Shown here in pieces: positions 61,477-64,000 of a stretch of DNA of 64,000 nucleotides. This DNA is from an uncultured Bdellovibrionales bacterium (GTDB lineage Bacteria; Patescibacteriota; Minisyncoccia; Moranbacterales; UBA1568), in NCBI GenBank assembly GCA_964624415.1, contig CAZUWR010000001.1:3855-67854 (forward strand), read 5' to 3'. Made by a program: the position numbers and the translations under genes. Every line of letters begins with the position of its first letter. The first letter of the stretch is position 1. The notes under the pieces were generated by a model that was not told the origin of the DNA, made no database searches, and saw nothing but the letters and a program-made list of their open reading frames with translations.

Positions 61477-64000
61477 CTACTCCACACTGGCAACTCCGGC
61501 AATATCCGCGAGTTGTTTTTTTGTATCTTCGGTCGCTTCGATGGTGTGCGGGGTGTGTATGGTGGCGCCCTGGACGCGGACATAGACGGGCGTCTCGCCC
61601 TTGGGGAGACGGGCGAGGGTAGCGGAGACGGTTTCGAGGAGCTGTTTGCTTACAGCGCTGTCTTGGAGAGTGATGGTGAGGCGGAGATTTTTACCGGATC
61701 CCGCATCAAGTACGGGATGACTTAGATGATGTTGTCCGTTGGTTGTTGGTTGTTGATTGTTGACTGTCTGTGGTTCGTTTTTCGCTCGTGTCAAGAGGAC
61801 TCGCTTGAAAGTCTCGACGGACTGCAAATCGACTTTCTCGGCATCCTCGGCGAGTATTTTTGGGACGCCGTCTTCATTGGAAAGTCTGCCCTGCACGATG
61901 ACGAGTTCGTCTTCTATCCACATACCGCCGGTTTTTTCTACAGCGCGCGGGAAGACGAGCACTTCGACGCGCCCGGTCAGGTCTTCGAGGCTGACGAAAA
62001 ACATTTCTTGCTGGCGTTTGGTGTAGGTTTTGCGCACGGTGCTGATGACACCGCCCACTTTGACGCTGATACCGCTCTCTCGCTTTTCCAAATCATGAAT
62101 CGGAATGGTAATCTGATCGAAGTATTCCTTGAAATCGCTGACCGGATGATCGCTGACATAGAGGCCGAGGAGTTCCTTTTCCCACTTGAGCTTTTGTTTT
62201 TTCTCGATAGGTGGCACGTTTTCGAGGCGTAGCTCGGAGGTTTCGATCGGCATGCTTCCGAAGAGGCTGTCGGTGTGAGTTTCTTTTATCTTCTGCAGAT
62301 TGCGGGAGTGTTTGAGGATTTTGTCGATGCTGGCAAGGAGCTGACTGCGCTCGCCGAAAGCATCGAGGGCGCCCACTTTTGAGAGAGCTTCGAGGGATTT
62401 CTTGTTGAGGTCTTTGGTCTGGACACGCTCGACGAAATCGGCGATGGAGCGGAACTTTCCACCGCGCTTGCGCTCTTTGACGATTTCTTCAGCAGCTACT
62501 TTGCCGACGTTTTTGATGGCATTGAGTCCGAAGCGGATACGCTCTTTTCCTTCGGCATCCGGGACAACGGCAAATTCCTCGAAGCTTTCATTGACATCCG
62601 GTGGCAAGACCTCGATGCCCATCTCGCGGCATTCATTGACCTCGATAGCGATGCGATCCGTCGTGTCCTGGTCGGAGGTGAGGAGGGCGGCCATAAAGGA
62701 TGCCGGGTAATGTGCTTTAAGGTAGGCGGTCTGATAGCCGATGAGCGCATAGCAGGCAGCGTGCGAACGGTTGAAACCATATCCGGCGAACGGTTCGATA
62801 AACGCGAAGACTCCCTCGGCTATATCTTTGCTGATGCCTTGCTCACCGCAACGCGCCACGAATTTGATGCGCTGCTCTTGAATGAGCTCGAGGATTTTTT
62901 TGCCCATCGCTTTGCGAAGCACATCGGCTTCGCCGAGGGTGAAGCCGGCCAGGTCGCGGGCGATTTGCATCACTTGCTCCTGATAGACGGCCACGCCATA
63001 GGTAGTGGCGAGTATCGGTTCAAGTTTCGGGTGCAGGTACTTCACGGTTTTGCGTCCGTGTTTGCCATCGATAAAATCAGGGATCCAGTCCATCGGTCCC
63101 GGACGGTAGAGGGCGACCATAGCGATGATGTCTTCGAGGACGGTCGGCTTAAGCTGGCGCAGGTAGCGCTTCATACCATTGCTTTCCAGCTGGAAGACGC
63201 CGGTCGTGTGGGCCTTTTGGAGTAGCTCATAGGTTTTTTCGTCATCGATAGGGAGGCGATCCATAATGTCGGAAATGGAAGCGGTCTTCGGGTCAAGGCC
63301 GATACGGATGATGAGTTCGTCGAGTTTGCCCAATGCGCGGATGATGCGGATGGTGTTTTGCATGATGGTGAGGTTTTTGAGTCCCAAAAAGTCCATCTTG
63401 AGCAAGCCGATCTTTTCCACGGCGCTGAATTTGGTGGAGGAAGCATACTGTGTCACGGTGCCTTCTCGTGTGCCGGAGATTTTTTGGATGGGGGTGTATT
63501 CGGTGACCGGGTCTTTGGTGATCACCACGCCGCAGGCATGCATCGAGGCATGGCGCGCGAGACCTTCGAGGTTTTTGGCCACGTCGATGAGCTTGCGCGC
63601 TTCCGGATCCGCATCGTAGAGTTTTTTGAAATCCACCGCTTCTTCGAGCGCTTTTTTCATCGTGGAAAACATCGGGATGAGTTTGGCGACTTGATCGCAG
63701 AGCGCATACGAATAGCCCAGTGCACGACCCGTGTCGCGGATAGCCGCGCGCGCCGCCATTGTTCCGAAGGTGATGATCTGTGCGACGTGATCGTGGCCGT
63801 ATTTTTCGCGGACATAGTTGAGCACATCATCGCGACGATCATCGGCGAAGTCCATATCGACATCGGGCATCGAGATACGTTCCGGATTGAGGAATCGCTC
63901 GAAGAGGAGATCGTATTCGATTGGATCCATGTTGGTGATACCGGTGAGGTAGGCGACGAAACTTCCCGCCGCCGAGCCGCGTCCCGGCCCCACCATGATC
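61477..64000 (-). CDS. dnaE: DNA polymerase III alpha subunit (5'-truncated by window edge)
   Basis: GPGRGSAAGS, MPDVDMDF, FNRSHAACYA and HhH/OB regions. The C-terminal extension contains repeat-derived NNQQPTTN and SHPVLDAGSGK. Confidence 0.9.
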   Translation of the reverse strand, partial: IMVGPGRGSAAGSFVAYLTGITNMDPIEYDLLFERFLNPERISMPDVDMDFADDRRDDVLNYVREKYGHDHVAQIITFGTMAARAAIRDTGRALGYSYALCDQVAKLIPMFSTMKKALEEAVDFKKLYDADPEARKLIDVAKNLEGLARHASMHACGVVITKDPVTEYTPIQKISGTREGTVTQYASSTKFSAVEKIGLLKMDFLGLKNLTIMQNTIRIIRALGKLDELIIRIGLDPKTASISDIMDRLPIDDEKTYELLQKAHTTGVFQLESNGMKRYLRQLKPTVLEDIIAMVALYRPGPMDWIPDFIDGKHGRKTVKYLHPKLEPILATTYGVAVYQEQVMQIARDLAGFTLGEADVLRKAMGKKILELIQEQRIKFVARCGEQGISKDIAEGVFAFIEPFAGYGFNRSHAACYALIGYQTAYLKAHYPASFMAALLTSDQDTTDRIAIEVNECREMGIEVLPPDVNESFEEFAVVPDAEGKERIRFGLNAIKNVGKVAAEEIVKERKRGGKFRSIADFVERVQTKDLNKKSLEALSKVGALDAFGERSQLLASIDKILKHSRNLQKIKETHTDSLFGSMPIETSELRLENVPPIEKKQKLKWEKELLGLYVSDHPVSDFKEYFDQITIPIHDLEKRESGISVKVGGVISTVRKTYTKRQQEMFFVSLEDLTGRVEVLVFPRAVEKTGGMWIEDELVIVQGRLSNEDGVPKILAEDAEKVDLQSVETFKRVLLTRAKNEPQTVNNQQPTTNGQHHLSHPVLDAGSGKNLRLTITLQDSAVSKQLLETVSATLARLPKGETPVYVRVQGATIHTPHTIEATEDTKKQLADIAGVASVE
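61695..61720 (+). repeat. GTCATCC...GGATCC hairpin element inside dnaE
   Basis: GGATCCCGCATCAAGTACGGGATGAC has an ATCCCG/CGGGAT stem. It encodes SHPVLDAGS on the minus strand. Confidence 0.55.
61738..61767 (+). repeat. A/C-rich element in dnaE shared with dnaX
   Basis: On the coding strand, ACAGTCAACAATCAACAACCAACAACCAAC compares with ACAGTCAACAATTAACAACAAACAACAAAC in dnaX. Confidence 0.6.

Overview
The window looks like a gene-dense, streamlined bacterial chromosome segment. I infer it is Patescibacteria/CPR-like from compact housekeeping proteins, many small hypothetical membrane proteins and a tRNA without encoded CCA. No search was possible, so all protein calls come from motifs read in the ORF translations, and RNA and repeat calls come from reading the DNA on both strands. 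I support about 80 CDS and one tRNA-Gln(UUG). Recognisable genes fall into these groups:
- Cell wall, glycolysis and nucleotide metabolism: mraY, pgk, eno, a NUDIX hydrolase, a PfkB kinase and cspA.
- dTDP-rhamnose genes rfbC, rfbB and rfbD.
- Information processing: a sigma-70 factor, glyA, rpmF, nusB, rnc and an unusually short SMC.
- Envelope glycosylation: a YdjC-like deacetylase, a GT39/ArnT-like protein and a PIG-V-like protein.
- VKOR plus an OmpR/histidine-kinase pair.
- Ribosomal genes rpsP and rplJ-rplL, which lie about 22 kb from secE-nusG-rplK-rplA.
- DedA, then an ECF sigma cluster with calcium-binding-repeat surface proteins and ApbE.
- Class III ribonucleotide reductase nrdD and nrdG.
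- dnaX and partial dnaE, then dcd-thyA-folA, gatB and miaA.

No CRISPR array, transposase, integrase or reverse transcriptase was seen. The most interesting signals are non-coding or at the DNA level:
1. A conserved structured leader occurs three times in front of unrelated small ORFs at 59.8-61.1 kb.
2. A duplicated consensus promoter plus hairpin leader brackets nrdG and splits nrdD from nrdG.
3. A 47-nt hairpin repeat with compensatory substitutions occurs at two intercistronic sites.
4. GTCATCC...GGATC palindromic elements are inserted in frame in miaA and dnaE.
5. An A/C-rich DNA element is shared by dnaX and dnaE in different reading frames.
6. The SMC has no recognisable hinge.
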